Source: Minisyncoccota bacterium (GTDB taxonomy: Bacteria > Patescibacteriota > Minisyncoccia > Phycocordibacterales > SW-6-46-9). Taken from it: DNA of 64,000 nucleotides. Made by a program: the position numbers and the translations under genes. The stretch spans positions 85,337 to 149,336 of the forward strand of contig JBBDRP010000002.1 in NCBI GenBank assembly GCA_040905385.1. The letters run 5' to 3'. Numbering within the stretch: the stretch's first letter is position 1; each line of letters starts with the position of its first letter. The notes below the pieces were generated by a model. That model was not told the DNA's origin. It ran no database searches and was given only the letters and a program-made list of their open reading frames with translations. Shown in pieces: positions 9,254 through 18,694 of the stretch.

Positions 9254-10495
9254 ATGACTACAGAAAATAAAAGCACGATTGGCGTTTTCTTTGGCTCACG
9301 CTCACCCGAGCATGATGTCTCTATCATCACTGCTTGCCAGACAATTAAGGGTCTGCGCGAGATCGGCTTTTCTGTTGTACCTATTTACGTCACTAAGGAT
9401 GGTCGAATGTTTCTTGGTCCCGACACCGATGACGCCACCGACGAGACGCTGGCTCGAGTTGATTACTTCCGCGATGATCTCGACAAGAAGCTGGCCAAGT
9501 TGGATGAGTATGACCTGGTACTGGCCGAGTCTGTTGGACGGCTACGTTTCGTAACGGAGATGATGTTCGCTTCCAAGTTTGTGGATGTCGACATTGCCTT
9601 CCCGACCTTTCACGGTCCGCATGGCGAGGATGGGGCGCTGCACGGGCTCTTTGATCTGGCAAATATTCCGGTGGTTGGCTGCGGCCAGCAGGCAAGCTCA
9701 ATTGCGATGGACAAGGCACTGACCAAGCTCATCTACCGACAGTTTGATATTCCGACCACTAACTTTCTGTACTTTACCCGCCGCGAATGGTCTCAGTATC
9801 AGGAGGCAATCTTAGAGGATCTGAAAAACTTCTCACTCCCACTGTTTGTGAAGCCGGCCCGAGCTGGTTCATCCATCGGTATTACCCGCGTTACCGATAT
9901 TGAGGAGCTATCTTTTGCTATCGAGGTGGCGCTGTCTTACGACACCAAGGTTGTTGTCGAGGAGGGGGTAGAGGACGTCGCCGACCTGACCGTCTGTCTT
10001 CTAGGTGATGAGGTACCGGAGCCGTCGGAGGTGCAGGAGTCGCACTTTGATAGTGACTTCTTTTCTTATGATGACAAGTATATAAATGATGGTGGTGCTC
10101 AGATTGGCGGAGCTGATAAGAAAATTATTATCCCGGCCGATGTTGATCAGTCGGTTCAGGATGAGGCTAAACAGATGGCGGTGAATATCTTTGCTCAGTT
10201 CGAGCTGTCCGGCATTGCTCGCGTCGACTTTCTTTATGACCGAGCCGAAGAGAAGTTGTATGCCAACGAGATCAATACCTTGCCCGGTACGTTGTACAAG
10301 CATCTCTGGGAGGAAAGCGGTGTCACCTTTGCTGAACTCCTACGTAGCCTCATCCGCACAGCTCGTCGTCGCCACAGTCGCAAGCAGGATACCTCCTACA
10401 CCTTTGAATCAGGAATTCTTGAGCATGCAGGTAAAGGGAAGCTTTCAAAATTAGCAGCTGATGATGACAGAGATCAGCTGAATGCTAGTAACTAA
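9254..10495 (+). CDS. ddl: D-alanine--D-alanine ligase with a C-terminal extension of about 60 aa
   Basis: N-terminus IGVFFGSRSPEHDVSIITA, ATP-grasp region, and EINTLPG near the C-terminus. At 413 aa it is longer than a typical Ddl. Confidence 0.85.
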   Translation: MTTENKSTIGVFFGSRSPEHDVSIITACQTIKGLREIGFSVVPIYVTKDGRMFLGPDTDDATDETLARVDYFRDDLDKKLAKLDEYDLVLAESVGRLRFVTEMMFASKFVDVDIAFPTFHGPHGEDGALHGLFDLANIPVVGCGQQASSIAMDKALTKLIYRQFDIPTTNFLYFTRREWSQYQEAILEDLKNFSLPLFVKPARAGSSIGITRVTDIEELSFAIEVALSYDTKVVVEEGVEDVADLTVCLLGDEVPEPSEVQESHFDSDFFSYDDKYINDGGAQIGGADKKIIIPADVDQSVQDEAKQMAVNIFAQFELSGIARVDFLYDRAEEKLYANEINTLPGTLYKHLWEESGVTFAELLRSLIRTARRRHSRKQDTSYTFESGILEHAGKGKLSKLAADDDRDQLNASN

Positions 10496-10514
10496 ACGCT
10501 AATCACTCTTATTT

Positions 10515-10838
10515 ATGATTTCATTTTCAGAATTTAAAGAGATGGATTTGCGCGTTGGAACCATTACCGAGGCTTTGGTGATAAAGGATGCTGACAAGCT
10601 CCTACTTCTTACTGTCTCGCTTGGTGATGAGGATCGTCAGGTCGTCTCCGGTATTAGATCCGTCGTCGATGACCCAGCAGAGCTCGTAGACACGCAGGTT
10701 ATATTTCTGGCCAATCTAGAGCCTAAGGAGATCTTTGGTTATGAAAGTCAGGGGATGATTATCGCCGCTCGTGATGGCGAAGACATCTCCTTAACGACCG
10801 TGGTTGATGAGGTGGCTCCTGGCAGTCAGGTTTCCTAG
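10515..10838 (+). CDS. tRNA-binding domain protein (CsaA / EMAP / MetRS C-terminal-like)
   Basis: 107 aa, DLRVGTI..ANLEPKEIFG..SQGMIIAA, typical OB-fold tRNA-binding domain. Confidence 0.65.
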   Translation: MISFSEFKEMDLRVGTITEALVIKDADKLLLLTVSLGDEDRQVVSGIRSVVDDPAELVDTQVIFLANLEPKEIFGYESQGMIIAARDGEDISLTTVVDEVAPGSQVS

Positions 10839-10934
10839 ACTATTCTTTGGCGATACAGGTTGCTCCCGTAAAGAAATTTTGCCGGAGCGGCATTCGGGAA
10901 AAATGGAAGCAAGCTTTCGTTTTATCCCTTATTT

Positions 10935-10981
10935 GCTCCCGTAGCTCAACCGGATACCTGCCTGCCGGCAGGCAGGGAGCA
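10935..10981 (+). pseudogene. Truncated tRNA-like element: 5' acceptor and D arm, then a 20-bp palindrome in place of the rest of the tRNA
   Basis: GCTCCCGTAGCTCAACCGGATA matches the 5' third of the tRNA-Arg at 3095. CCTGCCTGCCGGCAGGCAGG follows directly, then GAGC. No anticodon or T arm. Confidence 0.45.
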
Positions 10982-11010
10982 GATTTGATCAAGAGTTTTG
11001 AGCTTCATTA

Positions 11011-11082
11011 CTCCCCATAGTTCAACGGATAGAACAGGGGGTTTCTAACCCTCAAATCGAGGTTCGATTCCTCGTGGGGAGG
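11011..11082 (+). tRNA. tRNA-Arg(TCT)
   Basis: Acceptor CTCCCCA/TGGGGAG, D arm GTTC..GAAC, anticodon stem GGGGG/CCCTC with loop TTTCTAA, T arm CGAGG-TTCGATT-CCTCG. 72 nt. Confidence 0.8.
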
Positions 11083-11399
11083 CAAGAATAAAATGAGTGT
11101 CGACCACAGAAAGCAGTGTTTGCTGCTTTCGGGTGATATCGAAAGTTGCAGTGATATCACGCGTAGAGAGGCAAAGCACAGGCAAATTTTCCACATCAGC
11201 TGGATGAATATCAGTGCTATTATAAAAACCACATGAACAACGCGCTCGACCTCACACTCTTTGAAAAAATCTTGATAGCGGCTGGGCTGCTCTTCTTTGC
11301 TAACGCCGTCTGGCTGGCAGCCGGTGGTGGATTCACTATTCTGTATGTTGCCAAAGGGATGTACCTAACCGGAATTGTAATTTTAGCGTCTCAATTATA

Positions 11400-12410
11400 A
11401 TGTTTGGCATCGAACTTACAGAATTTCTACTTTTTGCGCGTCAGCTCGGGATCGCCATGGCTGGCGCGGCCGCGTTGTGGGGCTTTATCTTCAGCCAGAA
11501 GGATTTTCACTGTGGCGAAGATACGAAGTGTGTCATCTACGACTGGATTGCGGTGCGCATTATGCCACTTTTCTTGATCGGGGTGGGGATCGGGACCGTC
11601 TCGTACGTCGGGCTCTTGATGACGGTAGAGGCGGCGGCCCATCAGGGCATTGCCTACCTGCCATCAACCCCAGAGGTGGCCGCATCCTTTCCGATTCTGA
11701 CCCCGCTATTTTTCGTACTTATTCTGGCGACACTAATCGCAATTTCGCTCCCGAATAAGGGTGGTGAGAAGTACGCCAACTGGATTACGTACTTTTACGG
11801 CGCCATGTTTGTCGTCTGCTTCGCCATCACGTCATTTCCAGCCTGGCGCGGCGAGCTGGATGCTCGACAGCTTTTTTATGCCGGCCACGGTTTTCACTCT
11901 ATCTTTACGGTTGGTTCAGTAATCGTGCTGGATTATCTATACATAATGTCGACACGAGCCGAGATTCTCAAGCAGCATATCTTTGCACTTTTCCCGACCA
12001 TCAGCGCCGTTGTTTGGTACGGCCTGGCCTTTGATCTGCTCTCCTCGCTGTTAATTATCGAAGGCTTCGAGCCGACAACGAAACTGATCTTTATGCAGAC
12101 GGTAATCGGTATCCTGATTATTAACGGTGTCTTCCTCTCCGGTCCGCTGGCACGACAAATGCTTTCCTCGGTAGAGCCGGATGGGAAGGAGGTACGCGGC
12201 GGCTGGAAGCTGTGGGCCAACATTGCCGGGGCGGTCTCGGTCGTATCCTGGGTGACAATTACGTTTGTTGATTCATTTGAAAATCTCCCATTTTCATATC
12301 TTGAATACTTCGGAATTTATATCGGTGTCATCATTCTGGCAATTGCCGGCCACTCCTTTATGGAATGCATGGAGAGACGCACCGAACCACCGGAATTCAT
12401 ACACAACTAG
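11400..12410 (+). CDS. hypothetical polytopic membrane protein
   Basis: 336 aa with about 9 predicted TM helices. No recognisable family. Confidence 0.5.
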   Translation: MFGIELTEFLLFARQLGIAMAGAAALWGFIFSQKDFHCGEDTKCVIYDWIAVRIMPLFLIGVGIGTVSYVGLLMTVEAAAHQGIAYLPSTPEVAASFPILTPLFFVLILATLIAISLPNKGGEKYANWITYFYGAMFVVCFAITSFPAWRGELDARQLFYAGHGFHSIFTVGSVIVLDYLYIMSTRAEILKQHIFALFPTISAVVWYGLAFDLLSSLLIIEGFEPTTKLIFMQTVIGILIINGVFLSGPLARQMLSSVEPDGKEVRGGWKLWANIAGAVSVVSWVTITFVDSFENLPFSYLEYFGIYIGVIILAIAGHSFMECMERRTEPPEFIHN

Positions 12411-12808
12411 TTGTTGTTTTTAAAACTTAAAAATCCCCAGATGAGGCCACCAACAAATCCGCCAAGCATGTCGGTGATGGCGTCGGTGACGGTTGATGAA
12501 CGCAGCGAGTACTCGGCCGCTAGCTCCGGCATGTTTTGATTTACGGCTAGCTCGAAGACCTCCCAGGCGAAGCTTCCAAAAAGCGCAAAGCTGCCGGCCA
12601 GGAAGGTAAAGGCAAGTAGGCTGGTTGTCTGTACTCGTGAACGTGAGATGATGATCCAGACCATCGCCAGAACCGCACCGCTGATAACGTGCAGCACCAG
12701 ATCAAGCCAGACAACATCACCGGTATATAGGTCGAAGCGCACGCCGAGTATCTGACCAATCAGTACAAGAAAGGTTGCAAGGATGACAATTTTCCAGCTG
12801 TTTTTCAT
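12407..12808 (-). CDS. small membrane protein, possibly VanZ-like
   Basis: 133 aa with 4 TM helices. Its stop overlaps the stop of the convergent gene at 12410. Confidence 0.45.
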   Translation of the reverse strand: MKNSWKIVILATFLVLIGQILGVRFDLYTGDVVWLDLVLHVISGAVLAMVWIIISRSRVQTTSLLAFTFLAGSFALFGSFAWEVFELAVNQNMPELAAEYSLRSSTVTDAITDMLGGFVGGLIWGFLSFKNNN

Positions 12809-13065
12809 GGTATTTATATTATAACTTTAATATCTTAAGGTGGGTCACAAGTAAATCTACTGACGTAGATTTCTCGCGGTCCGTTATGACTGGTCGTTTC
12901 GCGACATACGCCATTTTCCCTCGGGGAAATCTCCAAAAACACAAAGCAGTTTGTGTTTTTGCCCCGGCTCGTGGTTTTTGCCTTTCGCTTCGCTCAAACA
13001 AAAAAACATCACTGCGCTTCCCACAACCTAAAAATCCGCCAAACGGCGGATTTTCTTAACTGTTG

Positions 13066-13138
13066 TGGGCGGTGCAGGACTTGAACCTGCGGCCTCCTCG
13101 GTGTAAACGAGATGCTCTACCAGCTGAGCTAACCGCCC
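13066..13138 (-). tRNA. tRNA-Val(TAC)
   Basis: Reverse complement: acceptor GGGCGGT/ACCGCCC, D arm GCTC AGCTGGTA GAGC, anticodon loop TTTACAC, T arm GCAGG-TTCAAGT-CCTGC. Confidence 0.85.
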
Positions 13139-13203
13139 TTGAACCTTTCTAACAATACGTGATTTCTAACTAATTTTCAAGAGATTTTGCTATAATCCCT
13201 TCA

Positions 13204-14130
13204 ATGATTGCTATCACTTCAGGAGAGAAATATGTTGATGTTGACGCACTTGCATGCGCCGTTGTTTATCAAGAATTACTTACTCAAGAAGAAAAGGCTG
13301 CCATAGTTGTGTTTTCAGGAGATCTTAATCACAGTATAAGCCCTCTTGTAAAAAGTCAGGAATATAATACTCGAAAAGACTTACCAGAAAATAGTATCGA
13401 AGGATTTGTTTTAGTTGATGTGTCCGATCCTGAGCATATTGCATCATTTGTTGATCTGCAAAAAGTAAAAGAAGTATATGATCATCACTATGGGTTTATC
13501 GATTTTTGGGAATCTAAAATTAGTCCCGAAAATAGCAAGATAGAAATGATTGGTGCTTGTGCAACTCTGATTTGGGAAGAATTTAAAAAAAGAGGATCTT
13601 CAGATATATCTACAAGTTCAGCAAATTTACTATCTTTGGCGATTGTTTCGAACACACTTAATCTCAACTCACCACTTACTAGTGATCGAGATAGAGCTGC
13701 CCTGGATGAGCTTGAGAAATATATTAATTTTCCATCAGATTGGAAGAAAAAATATTTTTCTGAATTAGAAGAGTTTATTTTCAGTAATCCTAAAAAAGCT
13801 ATAATCAATGACACGAAAATAGAGAAGATTCCACAGCTTGAAAAGCCGCTGGTGATTGGTCAAATTGAGTTATGGGATGGTTCTGATTTTGTGAAAAATA
13901 ATATCGATAGTATCAGAGATAGCTTGGGACAAAAGAGTAATCCTTACTGGATGATCAGTATTCCTAGCATTAAAGAGGGATGGAATTATATTTATTCAGA
14001 AAATGATATGGTGAAGATGCTAATCCAAAAAGTCACAGGTTGTTCTTTTTTGGATAATGTTTGCATAACTAATAAGCTCATTCTTCGAAAAGAGATTTTG
14101 CGTGACTTAAATAAATTGGATAATAGCTAA
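13204..14130 (+). CDS. hypothetical protein, possibly a DHH-family phosphoesterase, from an AT-rich gene
   Basis: Candidate motifs VDVDALACA (DxD) and DHH (VYDHHYG) match NrnA-like motifs I and III. Otherwise unassigned. Upstream TATAAT at 13189. Confidence 0.4.
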   Translation: MIAITSGEKYVDVDALACAVVYQELLTQEEKAAIVVFSGDLNHSISPLVKSQEYNTRKDLPENSIEGFVLVDVSDPEHIASFVDLQKVKEVYDHHYGFIDFWESKISPENSKIEMIGACATLIWEEFKKRGSSDISTSSANLLSLAIVSNTLNLNSPLTSDRDRAALDELEKYINFPSDWKKKYFSELEEFIFSNPKKAIINDTKIEKIPQLEKPLVIGQIELWDGSDFVKNNIDSIRDSLGQKSNPYWMISIPSIKEGWNYIYSENDMVKMLIQKVTGCSFLDNVCITNKLILRKEILRDLNKLDNS

Positions 14131-14139
14131 AAATCAGCA

Positions 14140-14415
14140 ATGAAAGAAATCGAGGCACATATTTACGGTAATGTTCAGGCGGTGGGCCTTCGCCAGTATC
14201 TCAAAAAGCAGGCCGACAAGCTCGGCCTTGTCGGCTGGGTAAAGAATCTTGATGACGGCAGCGTCGAGTGCATCGCTCAGGGCGAGGAGGGGGATTTAGA
14301 AACTTTTGCCGGCCACATCCAGAAGGGGCCGTACTTTGCTGACGTTGATAATTGCCTCATTGACTGGCACGATGATCCACAGGACGCACTAAGCGAGTTT
14401 AGGATTATCTCATGA
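14140..14415 (+). CDS. acyP: acylphosphatase
   Basis: 91 aa. YGNVQAVGLRQY..GWVKNLDDGSVE..QG..G is the acylphosphatase signature. Confidence 0.8.
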   Translation: MKEIEAHIYGNVQAVGLRQYLKKQADKLGLVGWVKNLDDGSVECIAQGEEGDLETFAGHIQKGPYFADVDNCLIDWHDDPQDALSEFRIIS

Positions 14416-15146
14416 CAGATATAGAAAATATTGAAATAATTTTTGAAAATGATGACCTGGCGGTGGTAAACAAGCCGGCTGGCTTGGTGGTGCATGCCGA
14501 TGGTCGTACTAACGAGCCGAACCTCTGCGACTGGATACTGCAGACCTATCCAGAGACGGAAGGTGTCGGCGAGCCAATCGAACAACGGGACGGCACCGTC
14601 ATCGCCCGGCCCGGGATTGTCCACCGGCTTGATCGGGATACCAGCGGAGCGCTGATTATCGCCCGCACGAATGAAGCTCACGCCTATCTAAAGACGCAGT
14701 TCAAGGATCGGGCAGTAAAGAAAGAGTACAATGCCTTTGTTTACGGGCGAATCGATACCTTTCGGCTGTCTATTGACGAGCCGATTGGGCGCTCGGCGCA
14801 GGATTTTCGCCGCTGGACTATTGGCTCGCAGGTGCGGGGAAAGGCTCGGCCGGCTCACACCGATGTCACGACGGTGACGGCAACTGATGCCGCCACCTTC
14901 ATAAAGGCGTTTCCAAAGACGGGGCGTACGCACCAGATCCGCGTACATCTGCAGTCAGTACGTCATCCGGTTGTCTGCGATGATCTGTACGCGACCGGGC
15001 GAGACTGTCTCTTGGGCTTCGATCGGCAGGCGCTTCATGCTCGATCGGTAACGTTTCGACTGTTGGATGAGACCGAGATAACGGCCGAGGCCGCGTATCC
15101 AGCAGACTTCCGAGTGGCAATAGAAAACCTCGAAAAGTCGGTTTAG
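14412..15146 (+). CDS. RluA-family pseudouridine synthase
   Basis: Catalytic motif HRLDRDTSGALIIA. The start overlaps the acyP stop. Confidence 0.8.
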   Translation: MTDIENIEIIFENDDLAVVNKPAGLVVHADGRTNEPNLCDWILQTYPETEGVGEPIEQRDGTVIARPGIVHRLDRDTSGALIIARTNEAHAYLKTQFKDRAVKKEYNAFVYGRIDTFRLSIDEPIGRSAQDFRRWTIGSQVRGKARPAHTDVTTVTATDAATFIKAFPKTGRTHQIRVHLQSVRHPVVCDDLYATGRDCLLGFDRQALHARSVTFRLLDETEITAEAAYPADFRVAIENLEKSV

Positions 15147-15193
15147 GTATTGATACGAGCGCCGATTCGTGATAGTTTAATGACTGTTATACT

Positions 15194-15793
15194 ATGTCAA
15201 CTACAGCAAATTCCCACAACATAATCTCGCCGGTAAACGTAGAGAAGCGCCAGAGCATCAATATCCAGAGCGGTGACACCGTTCGTGTCATGGTAAAGAT
15301 TGCTGAAGGCGACGGTAAATTCCGTCTTCAGCCGTTTGAGGGTATTGTACTGGCCTGCAAGCACGGCCATGAAGCCGGTGCTACCTTTACGGTACGTCGC
15401 GTAATCGATGGTGTAGGTGTCGAGAAGATCTTCCCGCTTTACTCACCAATGATTGACGAAATCATCATTGTGCGTCGAGCTAAGACTCGAAGCTCCAAGC
15501 TGTATCACATTCGTGACAAGGCTGCTCGACAGATTCGTCGTCAGATGCGTCGCATGATTCAGGTTGATATCTCCACTGGTTCAGCGGTTGAGGAGGAGCG
15601 TAAGGCTAAGGAGGAGGCCGAGGCAAAGGAAGCAGCCGAAGCAGAAGCCAAGGCGGCTGAGGAAGAAGAGAAAAAGGCGCAGGAAGCTGCTGCAGAAGCT
15701 GAGGAATCTACAGAAGAAGAGACGGCTGACGCTGAAGGCGGTGATGATGCTGCTGATGACGAGGCAAGTGAAGGTAAGGAAAAAGAGGAGTAG
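15194..15793 (+). CDS. rplS: 50S ribosomal protein L19 with a C-terminal extension of about 70 aa rich in E/A/K
   Basis: Core QSGDTVRV..FEGIV..LYSP.I matches L19. The tail is an EAKEAAEAEAKAAEEEE repeat. Confidence 0.9.
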   Translation: MSTTANSHNIISPVNVEKRQSINIQSGDTVRVMVKIAEGDGKFRLQPFEGIVLACKHGHEAGATFTVRRVIDGVGVEKIFPLYSPMIDEIIIVRRAKTRSSKLYHIRDKAARQIRRQMRRMIQVDISTGSAVEEERKAKEEAEAKEAAEAEAKAAEEEEKKAQEAAAEAEESTEEETADAEGGDDAADDEASEGKEKEE

Positions 15794-15892
15794 AAAAGTT
15801 AATTTTCATACAGGTTTAGAAAAAGCATCTCATCCCGGTGCTTTTCTTTTACATCTAATTGGTAGACGTTATTATACTGAGGTATAATATAG

Positions 15893-16561
15893 ATGATGGC
15901 AAAGCCTGGTCCAAAACCAAAAAGAGAAGAGGTTGTGTGGTCTCCTGAGGTTGCGTACGGTGTTGGTTTGTTTGTAACTGACGGTTGTTTATCTAAGGAT
16001 GGAAGGCACCTAGATTTTACTTCCAAAGATGTTGAACAACTTAAAAATTTTAAGAAGTGCTTTGATTTAAATACAAAAATTTCCTACAAGACTTCGGGTT
16101 ATACAAATAAGAAGTGCCCTCGACTTCAGTTTAGTGATGTTGGTTTGTATCGTTTCTTCGTGAGTATTGGAATGACACCAGCAAAGACAAAAACACTTGG
16201 AACTATTGATGTTCCAGATGAGTATTATTTTGATTTCTTACGTGGACATCTAGACGGAGACGGTTGTTTTTATAGTTACTGGGATAAACGGTGGAAATCA
16301 AGTTTTATGTTCTATCTTGTATTTGCAGCTTACAGCGAATTACATATTAAATGGATACGAGAAATCTTAAGGGAGAATCTAAATGTTTCTGGTCATTTAA
16401 ATAAACCCAGTGAAAGAAGAATATTTCAGCTGAAATTTGCGAAAGAAGAATCCTTTAAGATCTTGAAAAAGATATATTACACAGAGGACATAGTGTGTCT
16501 GAGTAGGAAGCGTTTGAAAATAGAGAAAGCGTTAGGCATAATGGGCAAGCAGTTGTCATAA
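15893..16561 (+). CDS. free-standing LAGLIDADG-family homing endonuclease
   Basis: Two LAGLIDADG-like motifs: GLFVTDGCLSKDG and LRGHLDGDGCF. AT-rich. Lies between rplS and tRNA-Leu. Confidence 0.6.
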   Translation: MMAKPGPKPKREEVVWSPEVAYGVGLFVTDGCLSKDGRHLDFTSKDVEQLKNFKKCFDLNTKISYKTSGYTNKKCPRLQFSDVGLYRFFVSIGMTPAKTKTLGTIDVPDEYYFDFLRGHLDGDGCFYSYWDKRWKSSFMFYLVFAAYSELHIKWIREILRENLNVSGHLNKPSERRIFQLKFAKEESFKILKKIYYTEDIVCLSRKRLKIEKALGIMGKQLS

Positions 16562-16564
16562 AAT

Positions 16565-16648
16565 GCCCAGGTGCAGGAACTGGTAGACTGGCACGGTTGA
16601 GGGCCGTGTGTTCTTACGGACGTGCGGGTTCGACTCCCGCCCTGGGCA
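16565..16648 (+). tRNA. tRNA-Leu(GAG)
   Basis: Class II tRNA: acceptor GCCCAGG/CCTGGGC, anticodon stem CACGG/CCGTG with loop TTGAGGG, long variable arm, T arm GCGGG-TTCGACT-CCCGC. Confidence 0.85.
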
Positions 16649-16994
16649 CAAATTACTCGGAGAGAAAAACCCCTGCAGACGCACAGGTTTTTTCTCTTCC
16701 GACGCTCGCTTCGCTCACTGCCTCTCTTTTCCACGGAATTGAATTAAGACACTTACAAGTTAAGCGCCTTAATTCAATGCTTTTACATTATGTATTTAAG
16801 TTGGGAGTCGAAAGCCGGAGGTATATCTGAGTTTGAGAATAGCGAAAGGCCTGGGTGTTTTTTGTTTTGCAAAGTAAGGGCAGCATTGATGTTGAAAACT
16901 TTACTATCGAATCATTTATGGTCGTGTTACATTATTTTCAGGTATTAAAAACATAAAAACGGCACTTTTTATCACTAAAAGCTCATCCTTATCT

Positions 16995-18269
16995 ATGTTT
17001 AATATTAATTCAGATAAACAAAATCCTGGGCTAGCATTTGGTCGCATTTTTTTTGGCTTGTGGTGGTTGTATGAAGTGGTTTTGGGTCATAACTGGAAAT
17101 GGGGAAATCCTGAGTGGGTTGGGGAAGGTGCCGGAGCATGGCTCGCAGAGGATATTACAAGTGCTATAGCGAAAGGAACATGGTCATGGGCTGAGTGGTT
17201 GCTGGAAATAGCGGTAGTGCCTCATGTTGAGATATGGAGCTACGTTGTGTTGGTGCTTCAGGTGGCAATAGCGATCAGCTTCATAACTGGTTTGTTTGTG
17301 CGTCCGACTGCATCGGTTGGTCTGGCCCATATGTTCATAATGTTCCTAATGGGTCATTCTCGCATTCCGCCGTTTTTCGTTGTTGGTTTTCTCTTTGTTT
17401 TGGCAACCAAGGCGGGAATGCATTATGGTCTAGATCGCTGGATTGCTGACAAGTTTTACAAAACCCGATCTATAATCGGATCCTTTATATTGTCGCTTAT
17501 CGACAAACCGTGCCCTGATTGGTTGCGGACACATGTTGGAATTCCGTTTGCGACAGTATTTGCAGTTTATTTCCTGCTTCAGGCAGCTGCTGCTGAAGCA
17601 GTCACCTTCCGGATGGCCGGTCTAGATTTAGCAGTCATGTCAGGTCTAGTAGCGGCCGGATTTGCTCTAGTGAAAAAGGTCGACACAATTCCACTAATCA
17701 CACGCTTGTTGAGTATGTTTGTTGGTTATAAGTTTTTGCACGAGATCTGGATACGTTTTCCGGCTGCACTCAATGGATTGCCTGGTTGGTCTAGTGGGCA
17801 GGAGTTGACTGAGGTACTGACAATTATTGCCACCAACCACTGGTCTTTCATTGCCAGTATCGTGGATACAGTATTCATTCCGTATGCCGGAGCCTGGGCT
17901 CTTGTTTTCGCTGTGGTTCAGACTGCTGTCGGTATAATGCTTATCATTAACTGGAAAACAAAACAGGCTTCTCAGCTGGGCATTGGCTATCTAGTCTTAC
18001 TACTCCTGCTTGGCTTTACTCGATATGTTCCGTTCGTTCTCGGAATTCTGATCATTACTTATGCTCTTAAGTGGGGTATTCATCTGTCACGCCACTGGCT
18101 TGGGCTATCAGTAATTGCAGTCTTACTCTTCTCCTCGATAGCTGCGATTTCGGGAATTACACCAGGCGACTATCTTGAACACATGGGTTCAGTTGTTGCC
18201 GTGATGCTCGCAATGCTTGCGCTAGCATTTGCAATTACGGCGTACATCCAGCAAGAATATGTAGAATAA
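16995..18269 (+). CDS. polytopic membrane protein; the N-terminal part resembles DoxX-like proteins
   Basis: 424 aa with more than 10 TM helices. N-terminal G-rich region FGRIFFGLWWLYE. Family assignment is weak. Confidence 0.4.
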   Translation: MFNINSDKQNPGLAFGRIFFGLWWLYEVVLGHNWKWGNPEWVGEGAGAWLAEDITSAIAKGTWSWAEWLLEIAVVPHVEIWSYVVLVLQVAIAISFITGLFVRPTASVGLAHMFIMFLMGHSRIPPFFVVGFLFVLATKAGMHYGLDRWIADKFYKTRSIIGSFILSLIDKPCPDWLRTHVGIPFATVFAVYFLLQAAAAEAVTFRMAGLDLAVMSGLVAAGFALVKKVDTIPLITRLLSMFVGYKFLHEIWIRFPAALNGLPGWSSGQELTEVLTIIATNHWSFIASIVDTVFIPYAGAWALVFAVVQTAVGIMLIINWKTKQASQLGIGYLVLLLLLGFTRYVPFVLGILIITYALKWGIHLSRHWLGLSVIAVLLFSSIAAISGITPGDYLEHMGSVVAVMLAMLALAFAITAYIQQEYVE

Positions 18270-18414
18270 GACAGAAGGAGACAAACCACTTTGTTCCAAG
18301 CCCTGATTATTATTTGATTCTCTTTCTCGTATCAAGCTGTATGTACGAAGTGCGGGAATCTACACCCTTACATCTAGGCGACTTTTCCGATACAATGACT
18401 GTCGATCAGAACAT

Positions 18415-18487
18415 GGTGCCTATGGTGTAATGGTTAGCACGAGGCCTTGTGGAGGCTTTAGTCCCGGTTCGAATCCGGGTAGGCACC
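18415..18487 (+). tRNA. tRNA-His(GTG) with an encoded G-1
   Basis: An extra G precedes the acceptor GTGCCTA/TAGGCAC and the discriminator is C. Anticodon loop TTGTGGA. T arm CCCGG-TTCGAAT-CCGGG. Confidence 0.85.
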
Positions 18488-18498
18488 CATTAAGAGAA

Positions 18499-18530
18499 AT
18501 GATCCAGGCTTGACCTGGGTCATTTTCTTT
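18499..18530 (+). terminator. Rho-independent terminator after tRNA-His
   Basis: ATGATCCAGG CTTGA CCTGGGTCAT followed by TTTCTTT. Confidence 0.55.
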
Positions 18531-18679
18531 AACAGCGTGCTACACTACCCGGATTCGAACAGTTGAAAGGGTCGGAAAACGATAGTTTTCCGTGGAGGAG
18601 AGCAGGTCCGACCACTGGTTGGACCGTTGAGAACCGTGGGTTCTTAAAGCGCAGAAGCTTTGCTTCGAGCAGTGAGCGT

Positions 18680-18694
18680 TCCGGGTAGGCACCC
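18680..18694 (+). repeat. 15-nt duplicate of the tRNA-His 3' end (TCCGGGTAGGCACCC)
   Basis: Identical to 18474-18488 inside tRNA-His. The copies are separated by about 195 bp of structured non-coding DNA. Confidence 0.6.

Noticed and set aside
10935-10981. Intact tRNA upstream of tRNA-Arg(TCT)
   Set aside because: Only the acceptor/D-arm portion is present and the remainder is a palindrome. It is reported as a tRNA-like fragment instead.
18530-18610. Second tRNA after tRNA-His, suggested by the GGATTCGAAC T-loop-like motif
   Set aside because: Neither strand can be folded into a cloverleaf. The T-stem complement and acceptor pairing are missing.
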